A stretch of DNA of 64,000 nucleotides, from assembly GCF_963921235.1 (NCBI RefSeq), contig NC_086097.1, positions 187,428,001 through 187,492,000 of the forward strand, in the 5' to 3' direction. Below, in pieces: positions 24,666 to 37,617 of the stretch (positions within the stretch are counted from its first letter, which is position 1; every line of letters begins with the position of its first letter). A program made the translations under genes and the position numbers. The notes beneath the pieces were generated by a model. The model was not told the origin of the DNA and made no database searches. It saw nothing but the letters and a program-made list of their open reading frames with translations. The DNA is from Mobula hypostoma. Taxonomy: Eukaryota.

Positions 24666-26241
24666 TGTCATAATAACAAACTGTCCATCAACTTCGTTAA
24701 AATAAAACAACACCATTGATTTCTAGGAAGGGGGGCAGTGAACTTCCTCCTGTTTATATCAATGGTGCTGAAGTCAAGGGTGTTAAGAGCTTCAAGTTCC
24801 TAGGAGTTATCACCATCAGCACCCTATCCTGGTCTGACCATTGAAGATGTCATGGCAAAGAAAGCCCACCAGTCTCTCGACTTCCACAGGAGGCTAAAAA
24901 TAGCTGCCAAGTCGCCTTTGACCCTAATCAATTTTCATCAACACTCCATAGAAAGCTTCCTATCCAGAGGCATCACAGCTTGGTCAGGTGACTGCCCTGC
25001 TCATGACTGCTTGAACATGCAGTGAGTTGTAGGCACAGAAACCAGCCTCCCTTCCATGGACTCTGTCCATTCTTCTCACTGCTGTGCTAATGCAGTCAAT
25101 ATAATCAAAGACCCTACTCATCTTGATATTTTCCTTTCTCCCCACTCCCACTGGACAAGAGCTATAAAAACCTGAAAACACACACGCCATGCCCAAGAAC
25201 AGTTATCAGATTACTGAATGGTTCCCTATTACGATAAGATGGATTCTTGACTGCATAATTTACCTTGTTCTGGCTTTACACTTTATTGTCTGCCTGCACT
25301 ATACTCATTCTTTAATTATAACACTTTATTTGGCACACTTATTATTTTCCCTTTATTTAACAATTTCTATTTACAAAGGTTAAACTAAGTACTGTAATGT
25401 TCAAAGTTTGGCAATGTAATTTACATGACATGGAATTGACCCCGCAGGCTTTGGTATGTGCCTGAGATCTTTCTCGATTTTTGTAATTCACAATTAGGCA
25501 AATACTGTAAAAGCAGAAAGATATAAAATTACAGACCATTTTATAAATGATATACATTGCAGTCACAAAGCACTTGTCATAGAATGGTTAGAATGGTGGA
25601 TTAGATACCAATCAAATGGGCTATTTTGTTGTGGATGATGTTGACTTTCTTGTGCATTGTTGGAACTTCACTCATTCTGTCACACATCCAATTTGCCACA
25701 TGGATGGTGGGAAAGCTGAATTAATTATTCATTCAGTTCAAAGAAAGGTACTCAGTCCCTGACCTCAACATACAGCCATAGCACTAATGTTGTAAGTCCA
25801 GCTAAGTTTCTGGTCATTGGGATCCCCAGCATGTTAATGATGAGAAATTTAGTGATGATTCAATACCACTGAATATCAAGAAAACAGAGTCAACTCTTTT
25901 TGTGTTTGTGATGATCATTTCCTTGATGGATGTTACAAACCATTTATCATCTCATGTTTGAATTTTGTCTAGTTCTTTTGTACACAATCTGGATGACAGG
26001 AATTTCTGAGGAGTTGCAAAAAGAATTGAACATATTGCAATCATTAATGAGCATCCACAACTCTGAGCTTACTGTGGAAGGAAGGACATTAATGAAGCAG
26101 CTAATTTTTTTTAAACTAGGACATTGCTCTCAGGTAGGCCGGCAACAATATCCTGGGACCAAGATCATTCCCCTCTAACAGCCACAACCATCTTTCTTTA
26201 TGAGGATTGACTCCAAACATTGGAGTGTTTTATGATGATAC

Positions 26242-26527
26242 TGCAGCGGTGTGCTACACACAGCGCTAGAATAACCACATGGAGTCGGTGAGTTAGAGTT
26301 GCGATGAAAAAGATTTATTCAAACTTCGCGGCCTGCTTTAAAGCCTTCCCGTTCCCGCCCTCCCTGGGGCGGGATTGCTGTGGGGAATGCATATTCCCAG
26401 ACCCTTTCTACGCGCGGGATTTTCCCCCTGCTGGTGAAGAGGGCCTGGCGCCCTTCTTGCTGCCGGTCCTCTGCCTGCGCACGCTGTTGTGAGCCGGTTT
26501 GTGTGTGCCAGAAAGTGGGTCGCCACA
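26242..26527 (-). repeat. 3' LTR of Gypsy element
   Basis: Direct repeat of 30093-30378; preceded on the minus strand by PPT ggttctggggggggcgtta (26528-26546). Confidence 0.97.
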
Positions 26528-29381
26528 TAACGCCCCCCCCAGAACCGGCGATACCTCCCCCAATGTCCACAGTCTGGATCGGCCTCTGTTTGGGAGGTCT
26601 GCCCCTGCGCCGCGGTGCCTGAGCCTGGACCGGTTGTGCCAAGTCCACATGGGCCGGTTTGAGTCGGTCCACCGTGAAAACCTCCCCTCTCCCCCCAACG
26701 TCCAGCACGAACGTGGACCCGTTGTTCCTGATCACCTTAAACAGCCCCTCGTAGGGCCGCTGTAGCGGTGCCCGGTGTCCGCCCCGTCGTACAAAAAGAA
26801 ACTTACAGTTCTGCAGGTCTTTGGGTACGCAGGTCGGGCTCTGTCCGTGCTGTGAAGTGGAGATAGGGGCCAGGTTACCGAGCCTCTCCTGTAGTCTGTC
26901 CAGAACTGCTGTGGGTTCTTCCTCTTGCCCCCTTGGGGCTGGTATGAACTCTCCTGGGACGACCAGGGGCTCGGCCGACGAGGTGTGTAGATCCTCTTTG
27001 GGCGCCGTGCGGATTCCGAGCAGGACCCAGGGAAGTTCGTCCACCCAGTTAGGCCCCTCCAGGCGGGCCATGAGAGCCGATTTCAGGTGACGGTGGAAGC
27101 GCTCCACTAGTCCGTTCGACTGTGGGTGGTAGGCAGTTGTGTGGTGTAGCTGCGATCCTAAAAGGTTGGCCATAGCCGACCACAGGCTGGAGGTGAACTG
27201 GGCGCCCCTGTCGGAGGTAATGTGGGCCGGTACCCCAAAGCGGGCTACCCAGGTTGCGATCAGTGCTCGGGCACAGGAATCAGCTCTGGTGTCGCTGAGC
27301 GGGACTGCCTCTGGCCATCTGGTGAACCGGTCTATCATAGTTAGGAGGTACCGCGCTCCTCGTGACACTGGCAGGGGCCCCACGATATCCACATGGATGT
27401 GGTCGAACCTCCGGCGGAGCCTTGGTATACCGCTGCACCTTGGCCGTTTCGCACTGCATGCACGTTTTGGCCCATTCACTGACCTGGTTACGAAGTCCAT
27501 GCCACACGAACCTGTTGGCGACCAGCTGGACGGTTGTCCTGATGGAGGGGTGCGCTAAGTTGTGGATGGATTCGAAAACCCGCCAGCGCCAGGCTGCCGG
27601 GACGACGGGGCGGGGTTGGCCGGTAGCGACGTTACATAGTAGGGTCCTCTCACCTGGGCCTACGGGGAGGTCTTGGAGCTGCAAACCGGAGACTGCAGTC
27701 CTGTGACTGGGATCTCAGCGTCTGCCTGCTGTGCCTCTGCCAGCGCTGCATAGTCCACCCCATGGGACAGGGCCTGTATGGTAGGTCTGGATAGTGCGTC
27801 CGCCACAACGTTGTCCTTTCCAGAGACATGCCCGATGTCCGTCGTGTACTCGGAGATGTAGGACAGATGTTGCTGCTGGCGGGACGACCAGGGGTCGGAC
27901 ACCTTCATGAACGCAAAGGTAAGCGGTTTGTGGCGGTGAACGCGGTGAAGGGCGTACCTTCTAAGAAGTACCTGAAATGCCGAATAGCTCCCGGTTGATA
28001 GCACTGTATTTGAGTTCAGGTGGTCGTAGGTGTTTGCTGAAGAACGCCAGGGGTTGCCAGCGACCCTCGATGAGTTGTTCCAGCACTCCACCGCCCGCTG
28101 TGTTGGATGCGTCCACCATGAGGGCTGTAGGAACGTCCATTCTGGGGTGCACTAGTATCGTGGCGTTTTCCAAGGCTTCTTTGGTTTTAACGAAAGCGGT
28201 TGCGGTCTCTTCGTCCCAGGTAATGTCCTTGCCCTTACCTGACATTAGAGTGAACGGGGGCTCATGGTTCGGGCTGCTGATGGGAGGAAACGGTGGTAGA
28301 AATTCACCATACCCACGAATTCCTGCAGGCCTTTGATTGTGTTGGGTCGGGGGAAGTTGCGGACCGCGTCTACCTTGGCGGGCAGCAGGGTTGCCCCGTC
28401 TTTAGTAATCCTGTGGCCCAGGAAGTCGATGATGTCGATTCCGAACTGGCATTTGGCTGGATTGATTGTAAGGTCGAATTTACTCAGGCGGGAGTAGAGC
28501 TGGCAGAGGTGGGACAGATGCTCCTGCCAACTACTGCTTGCTATGAGGATGTCGTTCAAATAGATGAATGCAAAGTTGAGGTCGCGTCCATTAGCCGATG
28601 GAAAGTCTGTGCGGCATTCTTTAGACCAAACGGCATTCGGAGGAATTTGAAAAGGCCGAACGGGGTGATGAGTGTTGTTTTGGGGATGTCGTCTGGATGT
28701 ACTGGGATTTGATGGTATCCCCGGATGAGGTCTACCTTGGAAAAGATCCTTGCGCCGTGTAGGTTTGCTGCGAAGTCTTGAATGTGCGGCACAGGGTAGC
28801 GGTCTGGCATTGTAGCCTCGTTCAGTCTGCGGTAGTCACCGCATGGTCTCCAGCCCCCCGTTGCCTTGGGCACCATGTGCAGGGGGGAGGCCCATGGGCT
28901 GTCGGACCGTCGTATGATCCCCAGTTCCTCCATCTTCTTGAACTCCTCCTTCGCCAGTCGGAGCTTGTCCGGGGGAAGCCTTCGAGCACGGGCGTGGAGG
29001 GGTGGTCCCTGGGTCGGGATGTGGTGCTGTACTCCGTGTCTGGGCATGGCTGCCGTGAACTGCGGTGTCAGTACTGATGGGAAATCCGCCAGGACCCTGG
29101 TGAATTCATCGTCGGACAGCGTGATGGAGTCCAGCTGTGGGGCTGGCAACTGTGCTTCACCCAGGGAGAACGTTTGAAAAGTCTTGTGCTGCCATTAGCG
29201 GCCCTCAGGGTGGGTCCCGGTTCTCTGTTGCGGGTGTCGTAATCGTTGGAGGTAAGACGCTGATCTCCGCTCCGGTGTCGACCAAAAAGCGGCGTCCCGA
29301 CTGCTTGTCCCAGACATACAGGAGGCTGTCCTGATGGCCAGCCGCCATAGCCATCAGCGGCGGATGGCCTTGGCGTTTCCC
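26528..29381 (-). pseudogene. pol: Gypsy pol (protease, RT, RNase H, integrase), frameshifted
   Basis: [46 protein letters not shown]...CMQC; HVDIVG/TSDRG/LVERFH; GPY/F-like RPYEGLF. Confidence 0.95.
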
Positions 29382-30052
29382 GGGAATTTGCAGGGTGGTC
29401 TGCAGCGGCGGGCCTCCGTGCCCCACCGCTGGTGGTAGAAACATCATTGTTCATTGGGCTCCTCACTCCCATCGCCGGGTTTTGTAGGCTCTGCTGCCGG
29501 GTCTGGTCTGTCGTTGGGCACGCGGCTTGGTGATCTGTGCGACGGATGCCCTCTCTCTTTCCTGGCATTCCACAGCACATCTGCCTGGGCCCCCACCTTC
29601 CGGGGGTTGCTGAAATCTGCGTCGGACAGCAGCAGGCATATGTCCTCGGGCAGTTGCTCTAGGAACACCTGCTCAAACATGAGGCAGGGTTTGTGTCCTT
29701 CAGCCAGGGCCAGCATCTCGTTCATTAATGCTGACGGCGGCCTGTTTCCCAAACCATCCAGGTGCATTTAGCGGCGTGCTCGTTCGCGCCGTGAGAGTCC
29801 GAAAGTCCTTATGAGCAGGGCTTTGAATGCTGTGTATTTGCCGTCCTCCGGGGGCGACTGTATAAACTCCTCAACTTGTGCAGCTGTCTCCTGGTCGAGG
29901 GAGTTCAGCACGTAGTAGTAGCGAGTGGACTCTGAGGTTATCTGCCGAATGTGGAATTGGGCTTCTACTTGTTCGAACCATAAATGGGGTCGCAGCGTTC
30001 AGAAGCTTCGCAGTTTTAACGAAACTGCGTGAACAGATGCGGCGTCGGTCAT
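29354..30052 (-). pseudogene. gag: Gypsy gag, disrupted
   Basis: MTDAASVHAVSLKLRSF*TLRPHLWFEQVEAQF...; CFYHQRWGTEARRCRPPC knuckle; ends CKFPGNAKAIRR*. Confidence 0.88.
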
Positions 30053-30076
30053 CTCTGGTCCAAATATTGTTTGGGC

Positions 30077-30090
30077 CGTCGGGGTCACCA
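30077..30090 (-). other. Primer binding site complementary to tRNA-Trp
   Basis: Plus strand cgtcggggtcacca equals the 3' end of vertebrate tRNA-Trp(CCA) including CCA; 2 nt from the LTR. Confidence 0.85.
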
Positions 30091-30092
30091 AT

Positions 30093-30378
30093 TGTAGCGG
30101 TGTGCTACACACAGCGCTAGAACAACCACACGGAGTCGGTGAGTTAGAGTTGCGATGAAAAAGATTTATTCAAACTTCGCGGCCTGCTTTAAAGCCTTCC
30201 CGTTCCCGCCCTCCCTGGGGCGGGATTACTGTGGGGAATGCATAATCCCAGACCCTTTCTGCCAGCGGGATTTTCCCCCTGCTGGTGAAGATGGTCTGGC
30301 GCTCTTTTTGGGGCCGGCCCTCTGCCTGTGCGCGCTGTTGTGAGCCGGTTCGTGTGTGCCAGAAAGTGGGTCACCACA
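30093..30378 (-). repeat. 5' LTR of Gypsy element
   Basis: Direct repeat of 26242-26527; followed on the minus strand by the PBS. Confidence 0.97.
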
Positions 30379-30536
30379 ATACATCCTGTCAATGTCTGAT
30401 AACAATATTTGTTCCCGCTCAGATCTCTGTATATCAGCTTTATGTTCCTTAGTCTAAAGATGTAATCAGGTCTGGAGTTCAATGATGCTGACAAAACCCA
30501 ACTGGAGGGACAAGGGGAAAATTAGAAGAATATTAG

Positions 30537-30652
30537 GGTCCCACGATAGCCTGTTGATTAGTACAATGCTATTACAGCTCAGAGTGTCAGAGTTATGAGT
30601 TCAATTCCAGCATCCTCTGTAAGAAAGTTTGTATGTTCTTCCCAAGACACGT
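30537..30652 (+). mobile_element. tRNA-derived SINE 5' part (HE1-like)
   Basis: Degenerate A box, B-box-like gagttcaattcc, then gtttgtatgttcttccc. Confidence 0.6.
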
Positions 30653-31389
30653 ATCAGATAAACAGCAGCCTATTGAAAATAATGCATGACGTAAGATAAT
30701 AAGCTATTGTCACTCAAGTCAGATATTGATGAAATCGAGTAACTATTAACAGCTTTTACACTGAAATGCTGACAAGAAATTTGCTAGCAATGATTCACCT
30801 TCAAAAAGAAAAAGTAAATTTTGCAACATGGATGAACACCATTTTGACAGGAGGTGGGGCTAGGTTTTGATGAACTGGTAGAGCTAATAAGATTTGTAAG
30901 CAATTGGGCTCTGTATGCCTACTTTTTGGAGCGTTTGCTAACACTCATTGGTTAAAACTTATGACTGAGTTGGACGATTATGGTTCCAACAAAAAATTAG
31001 TGAAGGCATTTGTATCCATGCTCTCCCAATGAATGTCAAAGGCATCCTGACCATGTCAACCAACTGTGCAACGTAATTATAATATGCCAGAGTATGTTGG
31101 TTATGCTTTGAGGGTATGAGATTTTCAGTATTGGCTCGTATGTGAGGACAAAATCAAGCAGATGAGTATTAGATTTGAGAAGTGATTGACAGGGTAGTTG
31201 AGTAGTGGGGAGATTAGGAACTCAGCAGAGGTAAAAGTTACAGTTATCTTTAGTAGGAAGTAGCATTTCAAAGTGAAATCATTGACTTTGACAGACATTA
31301 AATTTCTCCTTACTTGATACATGCTGTTGAAGCAATACTACTAGCATTTATTTTTTTATAAAACTTATTCACACTGACTGCTGCCTCTA

Positions 31390-31700
31390 ACGGTACTGCA
31401 CAATACAGGCCATTCAGCCCCTGATATTGAGCTGACATTTTAACTTATTCCAAGATCAGTCTAATGCTTCCTCCCACATAGCCTTCCATTTTACTTTCAT
31501 TCATGTGCTTGTGCTAGATCTAGTATGGCCTTTCCTTTAGTTGGCCTGTCCACATATTGTGTTAGGAATCCTTTCTGGACACACCTAACAAATTCTTCCC
31601 AATCTAAACCTTTTGGACTAAAGAGATGTCAATCAATATCAGAGAAGTTGAAGTCACCCATGACAACAGCTTTGTTATTTTGCTCTTTTCCCAAACCTGC
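31390..31700 (-). mobile_element. CR1 fragments (3' tail joined to an APE piece)
   Basis: aatacaggccattcagccc tail; NNKAVVMGDFNFSDID. Confidence 0.7.
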
Positions 31701-32899
31701 CTCCCTACATGTATGCAGCAAACATGCAAATGGCAGGGGACAGCATTTTGATGTGTTGCCTCCACAAGGCAACACATTAATGCAGAGAAGTTGGATATCA
31801 TGAATCCCACACATGGCTGGATGAAGGGTGGTTACCTTACTTCTTCTTTGAAGGAACCAGAAATAATTTTCAGAAACTTGTATCTCAAAAAATTGATGTA
31901 AAATATTAGCTGACTATATATTTCTTTCTCCTTATAATATCCCATTCTGTTACCTTCATGATAGAGGGATTATAAATTTACTGTCATTCCTCTTGTTCTG
32001 AAAATAATTTATTTGTTACAATGTTATTTTTATAGAGTGATTCAGCAATTTTCCTTCTGTTTGTTTCTTTCAACACTCATTTGTAGCCATAAACACAAGT
32101 GCGACCTTTATCTTAAGAAAAAGCCAGGACTATTCTTGCACTATCATATGTATCTCATCCACACTAATTTTGCTCTCTTGCAATAATATAAGTAAACAGT
32201 TTATTTGAAACTATTAACAATGTGCTAGCAGTTGTCTTTTTCTGCTATTTCTAGGTAGTTTTCTCTTCTTTCTCCTGAGAAAATGTTCTACAAGTTCTTA
32301 ATGTACACAGAACCCCTGGTACGATAGATAATTCTTAATCAATGAACTTGAGATCTCACCTTTAGCTCCTCTTGCCCAACAGGAATGATGCTTGGGGGAA
32401 GTTACAATTTAGCCAAGTGGAGTTTCCGACTTAAGGCCAGCCTGTTTCTATTTAGTGTAGTTTTGCTTTGGATGTGTTTTAACTGCAGGAGGAGAAAGTT
32501 CATTTTACACTCAAAAGTAACTGTCAAATAACATGCCTGTAATCTTAATCAAAAGTAGGAAAGTTTACACTAACTATTGAGTGGCAGCAAAGCAAACATG
32601 AGAAGAGTCAACTCATAAAAATTAAAAATATTACTTCTTGTATATTGGATCACTGGCCAAGGGGAGCAGGTGTGCTTTTCTCCAGAACTTACAAGATGTA
32701 CTTGGACTTATATAGGTCCAGCCTTCCCAAAATTTTAATAGAATCCTTCCTAAATGCCAGTTTCCTATTCCGAATTTCACCCCACACTGACTGCAAGTAC
32801 TAGGCAAAAAAATTAGAATCCTTATAATAAATCCTGCTACTTATAAAGAGTGCCTCCAAGTCTTGTGATTCTTCATAGTATCTTTTTCTCCATAAATAT

Positions 32900-35800
32900 A
32901 AGACCATAAAACATAGGAGCAAAATTAGGCCATTTGGCCCATTGAGTCTGCTCTGCCATTCAATCACGGCTGATCCTTTTTTTCCCCTCTTCAGTCCCAC
33001 TCCCCAGCCTTCTTCCCATTACCTTTGATGCCATAGCATCAAGAACCTATCAATCTCTACCTTAAATACACCCAAAGACCTAGTCTCTACAGCTGCCTGT
33101 GGTGACAAATTCCACAAGTTCACAACCATCTGGCTAAAGGAATGTCTCCACATCTCTGTTTTAAATGGATGCCCCTCTATTGAGAGGTTGTGCCCTCTTG
33201 TCCTGGACTCTTTCACCATGGGAAACATCCTTTCCAAATTTATTCTGCACCTTTCAGCATTCAAAAGGTTTCAATGAGATTCCCTCTGCATCCTTCTAAA
33301 TTCCATCAAGTACAGGTCCAGAACCATCAAGCATTCCTCATATGATAACCCATTCATTCCCAGAATCATCCTTGTGAACCTCCTCTAAATCCTCTCCAAA
33401 GCCAGCACATCTTTTCTTAGATAAGGAACACAAAACTGTTCACAATACTCAAAGTGAGGATTCACCATTGGCTGATTAGGAAAAGGGGAGGTGCAACGAG
33501 ACCTGGGTGTCATTATACACCAGTCATTGAAAGTGGGCATGCAGGTACAGCAGGCGGTGAAAAAGGCAAATGGTATGCTGGCATTTATAGCGAGAGGATT
33601 CGAGTACAGGAGCAGGGAGGTACTACTGCAGTTGTACAAGGCCTTGGTGAGACCACACCTGGAGTATTGTGTGCAGTTTTGGTCCCCTAATCTGAGGAAA
33701 GACATCCTTGCCATAGAGGGAGTACAAAGAAGGTTCACCAGATTGATTCCTGGGATGGCAGGACTTTCATATGAAGAAAGACTGGATGAACTGGGCTTGT
33801 ACTCGTTGGAATTTAGAAGATTGAGGGGGGATCTGATTGAAACGTATAAAATCCTAAAGGGATTGGACAGGCTAGATGCAGGAAGATTGTTCCCGATGTT
33901 GGGGAAGTCCAGAACAAGGGGTCACAGTTTGAGGATAAAGGGGAAGCCTTTTAGGACCGAGATTAGGAAAAACTTCTTCACACAGAGAGCGGTGAATCTG
34001 TGGAATTCTCTGCCACAGGAAACAGTTGAGGCCAGTTCATTGGCTATATTTAAGAGGGAGTTAGATATGGCCCTTGTGACTACGGGGATCAGGGGGTATG
34101 GAGGGAAGGCTGGGGCGGGGTTCTGAGTTGGATGATCAGCCATGATCATAATAAATGGCGGTGCAGGCTCGAAGGGCCGAATGGCCTACTCCTGCACCTA
34201 TTTTCTATGTTTCTATAAAGACATAGTATTACATCCCTGCTCTTATATTCTACTCCTCTTGAAATGAATGCTAACCTTGCATTTGCCTTCCTCACCATTG
34301 ACTCAACCTACAAGTTAGCCATTAGGGTGTTCTGCACAAGAATTCTGAAGTCTATTGCATCTTAGATTTTTGGATTTTTCTCCCTGTTTACAAAATAGTC
34401 TGCACATTTATTTCTTCTACCAAAGTGCATGATATGCATTTTCCAACATTATGTTTTATTTGTCACATTCTTGCCCATTCTCCTAAACTGTCCAAGTCCT
34501 TTTGCAGCCTTCCTGTTTCCTCAACACTACCTGCCCATTCCATGAAACTTCGTGTCATCTGCAAACCTGGCAATAAAGCCATTTATTTCATCATCTGAAT
34601 TATTGATACACAGCATAAAAAGAAGCAGTCCCAGCACCGAAGCCTGCGGAACACCATTAGTCACTAACAGCCTACCAGAAAAGGATCCTTTCATTCCCGC
34701 TCACTGCCTCCTACCAATCAGCCAATGTTCTAACCATGTTAGTAACTTTCCTGTAATACCATTGGTACTAACTTGGTAAGCAGCCTCATGTGGGGTACTT
34801 TGTCAAAAGCCTTCTGAAAACCCAAATATACAACATCCACTGCATCCCTTTTATCTATCCTACCTGTAATCTCCTCAAGCATCAGCAAGATTTACCCTTA
34901 AGGAAACCATGCTGACTTTGTCATATCTTGTCCTGTGTCACCAAGTACTCCACAACCTCATCCTTAACAATTGACTCTAACACCTTCCCAACCACCGACG
35001 CCAGGTTAACTGGTCCATAATTTCCTTTCTGCTGCCTCTCTCCTTTCTTAAAGAGTGGAGTGACATTTGCAATTTTCCACTCCTCCAGAACCATGCCAGA
35101 GTGCAATGATTCTTGAAAAATCATTACTGATGCCTCCACAGTCTCCACCGCTATCCTAACTCTAGGCTGCAGTTCATCTGGTCAGGGTGATTTATGTACC
35201 TTTAGGTTGTTCAGCCTTTTGAGCACCTTCTCCCTTGTAATAATAACTGCACCCACTTCTTTTTCCTCACACCCTTCAACACCTGGCACACTGCTAATGT
35301 CTTCCACAGTGAATACTGATGCAAAATATTCATTTCATTCTTCTGTCATCTCCTTATCCCTTGTTATTATTTCTCCTGCTTAATTTTCTAGCGTTCCAAT
35401 GTCAATTCTCATCTCTCTTTTATGTTTTGTATGCTTCAAAAAGCTTTTTCTATCCAGCTTGATATTGTTTGCTAGCTTGCCTTCATAGTTCATCTTTTTC
35501 CTCCTAATGATTCTTTTAGTTGCTTTCTGTAAGTTTTTAAAAGCTTCCAAATCCTCTGTCTTCCAGCTAATTTTTGTCTTATTGTATGCCCTCTCTTGTG
35601 CTTTTACATTAGCTTTGATTTCCCTTGTTAGCCATGGCTGTACTATTTTGCTATTTGAGTATTTCTTTGTTTTTGGAATACATTTATCCTATACCTTCTT
35701 CATTTTTCTCAGAAACTCAAGCCATTGTTGCTCTGCTGTCATCCCTGCTAGCATCTCCTTCCAATTTACTTCGGCCAACTCATCTCTCATACCATTGTAA

Positions 35801-36850
35801 TTTCCTTTAATCCACTAAAATACTATTATGTCAGACTTTACTTTCTCCCTATCAAATTTCAAACTGAACTCAATCATATTGTGATCACTGTCTCCTAAGG
35901 GTTCTTCTACCTTCAGCTCCCTAATTCCCTCTGGTTCATTACATAACACCCAATCCACTATGGCTGATCCCCTAGAAGGCTCAATGACAAACTGCTCTAA
36001 AAAGCCATCTTGTAGCCATTCAACAAATCTATTCTTTTCAGATCCATTACCAACCTAATTTTCCCAATCTACCTGCATGTTTAAATCTTCCATGACTATC
36101 ATAAAATTGCCCTTTTAACATGCCTTTTCTCTTTCGTATAGTAATCTATGGGCCACATACTAGCTACTGCTTGCAGTCCTGTATAAAATTGCCATCAGGG
36201 TCCTTTTATCTTTGCAGTTTGTTAACTCAACCCACAAGGATTCAACATCTTCCGATCCTATGTCACATGTTTTAATCATTTGATGCCGTTCTTTACCAAC
36301 AGACACACTCTATGCCCTCTGCCTACCTTCCTATCCCTCCGATACAATGTGTAACTTTGGACATTCATCTCCCAACTACAACCATCCTTTAGCCATGATT
36401 CAGTGATGGCCACAACATCATACCTGACAATCTGTAAAAGTACAAGAAGATCATCCACTTTATTTCTTGTACTTCGTGCATTGAGATATAACACTTTGAG
36501 TATTGTATTTGCTACTTTTTTTGATTCTACATCCCTAATGCACTGATACTCACCCTGCTGGCTACAATTTTGACCTATCATCTGTCTGACTGCATGCCAT
36601 CTTTGTTTTTTTTTAACCATTTGTTCAGTCCTGAGGACCTCCACTCTGGTTCTCACCCCCCTGCCAAATTAATTTAAATCCTCCCCAACAGCTCTGACAA
36701 ACCTGCCCACAAGAATATTGGAAAGTCTGAGGTTCCGGTGCATCCTGTCCTTTTTGTGCAGGTCATGCCTCCCCCAGAAGAGATCCTAATGATCCAAAAG
36801 CTAAAGCCCTGCCCTCTGCACCAGTTTCTCAGCCTGATTCTACCCTCACT
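32900..36850 (-). mobile_element. Older CR1 LINE (3' tail to end of ORF1), interrupted at 33469-34214
   Basis: LYLNARSTRNK, AITESWL, WKIANVTPLFKKG, FSQMVVNLWN; accataa-type tail. Confidence 0.9.
33469..34214 (+). mobile_element. Young 5'-truncated CR1 LINE
   Basis: Uninterrupted 211-aa RT C-terminus (33491-34126); 3' UTR with ggctcgaagggccgaatggcc and tttctatgtttcta tail. Confidence 0.95.
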
Positions 36851-37617
36851 GGATGGAACATATTACATATTACATGGAACATATTACAGGTGCTTTCTAT
36901 TTATTAACTTAAGAAATGCAGCACTCCAAATGTGATTTTGCAAGAGTATTTCACAGACTTATTTTGAAAGCTGCAAACCTGTATTTTTTAACTTGAGAGA
37001 TCAGTTTTCCCAACACACTTTAGCTGTTTCAAGTACTATTCTTTACAATTTTTTTTGCAGCTCCATGGCATTTTCATCGGCCTGAATGATGAGGTGGCCA
37101 GAAGTGAAGTGATTGGTCATCCCAACAATTTTCAATGATGTTGTCCCATTAATGATGTAGTAACATATTCCATGTAAATTAGCCAATTCTGGGATAATAT
37201 TGACTTTGACTATTGAGTATTCAGCAACCTAAACCTTTCAGCTAGACTATATGGAGAGGATGCTAATGACGAGAAGTAAAAAAATGGGAAAAATACATGC
37301 ATAATGAATACTTAATGATCTTAGATATAATTTATTTGTTTTCATAATTATTTCAGAAGTTTTCTACTCTATAGTCTGTTAACCATGCTCTTTGTGACAG
37401 AGCAGGCAAGGTCTGTGCTGGTAATGATGTTACCAAGTATCTCACAATGTGTAGGAGAATTGCAATAAGTTCTTCCCTCTTGCTAATAGTAATAAAGGTT
37501 TAATTTCCTGGAGCATTAGACCAGAAAGAAAATAACCTTATAACAATTAAGCATCATACGAGGCTGGCTTAATTCTACCCTCCCCAACAGCTGTAGCAAA
37601 GTTGCCAGCAAGGATAT

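Larger units (their letters stand above)
20725..25355 (+). mobile_element. Older Rex1/Babar-like LINE split by a full-length CR1 (pieces 20725-20897 and 24666-25355)
   Basis: SVLSLLLYS...IYKFAND before the CR1; the frame resumes after it (DF*EG, FKFLGV). Confidence 0.75.
26242..30378 (-). mobile_element. Full-length Gypsy/Ty3 LTR retrotransposon (CsRn1/Kabuki-like), 4137 bp
   Basis: Two 286-bp TG...CA LTRs; ATAC TSD at 26238-26241 and 30379-30382; gag-PR-RT-RH-IN order; PBS and PPT present. Confidence 0.97.
25575..30500 (-). mobile_element. Old CR1-like LINE remnant hosting the Gypsy insertion (25575-26241 and 30379-30500)
   Basis: Heavily decayed RT-like sequence by eye; appears to continue across the ATAC target site. 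Confidence 0.45.

Noticed and set aside
29444..30003. TGG-to-TGA stops in gag as APOBEC-type hypermutation
   Set aside because: Only two events seen; not distinguishable from ordinary decay without a consensus.
26304..30494. Many overlapping ORFs on both strands, including the duplicated MKKIYSNF ORFs
   Set aside because: Shadow frames of GC-rich Gypsy sequence and of the two LTRs.
30537..30612. tRNA gene
   Set aside because: Degenerate A/B boxes with no cloverleaf, running into a SINE body.
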